Shown in pieces: positions 61,783-64,000 of a DNA stretch of 64,000 bases. The first letter of the stretch is position 1; each line of letters begins with the position of its first letter. The DNA comes from Squalus acanthias. Its lineage: Eukaryota. A model generated the notes under the pieces. It made no database searches and had not been told where the DNA came from. It was given only the letters and a program-made list of their open reading frames with translations. The stretch covers positions 30,382,001 through 30,446,000 of the forward strand of contig CM059432.1 of assembly GCA_030390025.1 (NCBI GenBank), read 5' to 3'. The translations under genes and the position numbers were made by a program.

Positions 61783-62551
61783 TCCTTCCTTTCTTCTTTT
61801 CTTTACAAAAGCAACAGTTACCTTACTTCCTAAGTTCATAGAGCAAATGCACTTTGAGATGGTTTAACGCCAAAGGCAAATATTTATTATTATATAATGC
61901 CATAGTAGAGACCCCTAGCAACACATCTTTAAACCAGCATATAATTAAAATCACAAGTCCTGCCCACACCATAAAAAAGTGGCTTGAGGGTTGATTGGGA
62001 CCATATACATATTAAATGATAGCTAATGTTTTATTACACTCATTTAAATTCTATTGGCGAAAAGCTTGACTCCGTAGTGCCTGAGTTTTCGGCGCTACGG
62101 GTGCCGTTTTGTGCCAAAAATGGTGTCTGTGCCGCGCAGACACACTTCTGGTGCGTGCCGCGCCAGACACCATCTTGGTGAGGGCAATAGGGCGGGCGTT
62201 AGGAGCGTGCGCCAGAAGTATGCAGAGTGCGCAGTTCATGACATCAATCAGCATGCAACGCTGAAGTGACTCCAGTACTGCCAATTTCATCGTTAACACT
62301 GGAGCTAACCTCGCACAGCTGAACATGCGTTCAGCATCAGCAAGGACTCCCCACCAGCATTATTTAAAGGGATCAGCAACCACTCTCAGGTTAGTTGCTG
62401 ATTAATGTCCACTGGCTCTGTGTAAGTTTGTGGAACTCTTTGGAGCTTTCTAGAGTTGTTTAAAGTTGGTGAGGTGATGGAGTGGTGCTGCAAGTGGAGA
62501 AGGCTTTGCTTCTGACTTTAAGGTTTCTAGTTAGACCACTTGCTCCCAATC

Positions 62552-63585
62552 ATGGGTGCTGTAGTTGTCATCCCCCTTGGACTGCAGCATGACAGGGAGA
62601 TGGAGCAGAGGCAGCAAAGAAGAGAACAAGCTGTTCGCAGAGAGAGGAGGAAGGGGAGAAGGGCTCTCAGCAGGAGGCCCTACCCACCTAGGGTCTTCCG
62701 AGAGCAATTCTCTTACCTCAGCCTAAGCCAGGAGCAGTGTGTGAGGTGTCTGCGCTTTACGAAGGAGGTGTTCACAGAACTCAGCCACCTCTCGCAACCA
62801 GACCTGTAGCCTCACGCCAGGGCAAGGGCAGCATTGCCAATGGCTGTGAAGGTGACCATGGCCTAGAAATTCATCGCGTTGGGATCCTTCCAGGCTGGAG
62901 CAGGCGACATCTGTAACATCTCTCAGTTCGCCATCCACTGCTGCATAAAAGAGGTGACAGACGCTCTTTATGCCAGGAGAGGGGCCTTCATTGTCTTCTC
63001 TCTGAACAGAGAGAAGCAGGCAGAGCGTGCATGTGGCTTTGTCAGGACAGCGAGCTTAGCGATAGGGTGCCATCGACTGCACGCACGTGGCTATGCGGGT
63101 ACCGCAACTCAGCTGTGATGTACTGCAACCGCAAAAGTTTCCACTCACTGAATGTGCACTTGGTGTGTGACCATTCTCGGCATATCATGATGGTGAATGC
63201 CCGATATCCTGGCAGAAGTCATGATGCTTTTATTCTGTGCCAGTCCGTTGTTCCCTCAGTCTTTGAGTCACCAAGGCAAACCAGGGGCGACAAGGGCTAT
63301 CCCATAACCACCTGGTTTATGACTCCGCTCCGCAACCCAACCACACGTGGCCAGTATGCGTACAATGAGAGCCATGCTGCCACATGAAACATCATAGAGC
63401 AGAGCATTGGGATGCTGAAGCAATGGTTCCGCTGCCTGGACCGCTCTGGAGGAACACTGCAGTACTCACCAGAGGGCGTCTCAAGATTCGTCGTGGTCTG
63501 CTGCATGCTCCACAGCCTTGCCATCAGGAGGGCGCAGCCCTTGCCACCAGGCATATGGCGACCAGCTGAGGAGATGAAGGAAGAG

Positions 63586-63620
<35 letters not shown>

Positions 63621-63771
63621 GGAGGAGGAGGAGGAGGAGGAAGAGGAGGAGGAGGACGAAGAGGAGGAGGAGGAAGCGGAAGAGGAGGAAGCAGAAGGGA
63701 GGAGGCAACCCAGACAGCCCCTTTCTGACCGGGCTGTCCGTAATCGACTCATTCAACTGCGGCACCAGTGA
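62552..63771 (+). pseudogene. HARBI1-like transposase pseudogene with poly-Glu expansion
   Basis: GSFQAG, YCNRKSFHSLNV, YPGRSHD, GDKGY, LKQWFRCL, CCMLHS; several stops and frameshifts. Confidence 0.92.
63572..63692 (+). repeat. (GAG/GAA)n repeat
   Basis: Direct inspection; encodes a long Glu run. Confidence 0.95.
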
Positions 63772-64000
63772 ACGTAACCCCAATTCCACATTCACCTCAC
63801 CATCCCTCTGATAGGGACCATCACAGCATCCTCTTGACCACAATGCTGAAATGAAAGCCACCATCAAATATAAACATTCCAAATCAACATTATACAGCAA
63901 TCCATCAAATATTTTATAAAAAGTCAACTAATCACACTTGTGCATTCCCTTAGTGCCTGTCTTCCATTTGCCTTTGCCTGTCCTAATGCTCCTATGAAGT

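Larger units (their letters stand above)
62055..64000 (+). mobile_element. Harbinger element H3, running off the window
   Basis: Closely collinear with H1 from the left end. Confidence 0.88.

Noticed and set aside
46594..63771. Host HARBI1 gene
   Set aside because: Multiple disrupted copies lie inside TIR-bounded elements; these are transposons, not the domesticated gene
63297..63927. Poly-Ser and poly-Leu ORFs
   Set aside because: Antisense frames of the GAG repeat

Overview
Repeat-saturated non-genic DNA (intergenic or deep intronic) from a vertebrate, most likely a cartilaginous fish (shark), judged from HE1/V-SINE-like and SacSINE1/Deu-SINE-like SINEs, CR1 LINEs with (TTTCTATG)n tails and Penelope pLTRs. 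No host protein-coding exon could be identified. The window is a set of nested transposons: CR1 LINEs (one near-intact, one full-length but interrupted), L2, RTE, a compact CR1/L2-group LINE family that appears to start with a tRNA-like head, Penelope-like elements with minimal hammerhead ribozymes, a truncated LTR/ERV element with a tRNA-Lys1,2 PBS, and a diverse PIF/Harbinger complement. The Harbingers include three decayed two-gene elements (HARBI1-like DDE transposase plus a convergent intron-containing Myb/SANT gene), Myb/SANT-only derivatives and many MITEs with 3-bp TSDs. Best candidates for something new: (1) Harbinger derivatives that share one transposase-removing deletion but keep the spliced Myb/SANT gene; (2) the ORF1-less LINE with a Pol III-type head; (3) Harbinger MITEs with a covarying 18-bp hairpin; (4) a foldback ribozyme-bearing mini-Penelope. 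Family names come from motif recognition only, with no database search, and boundaries without a TIR/TSD are approximate.
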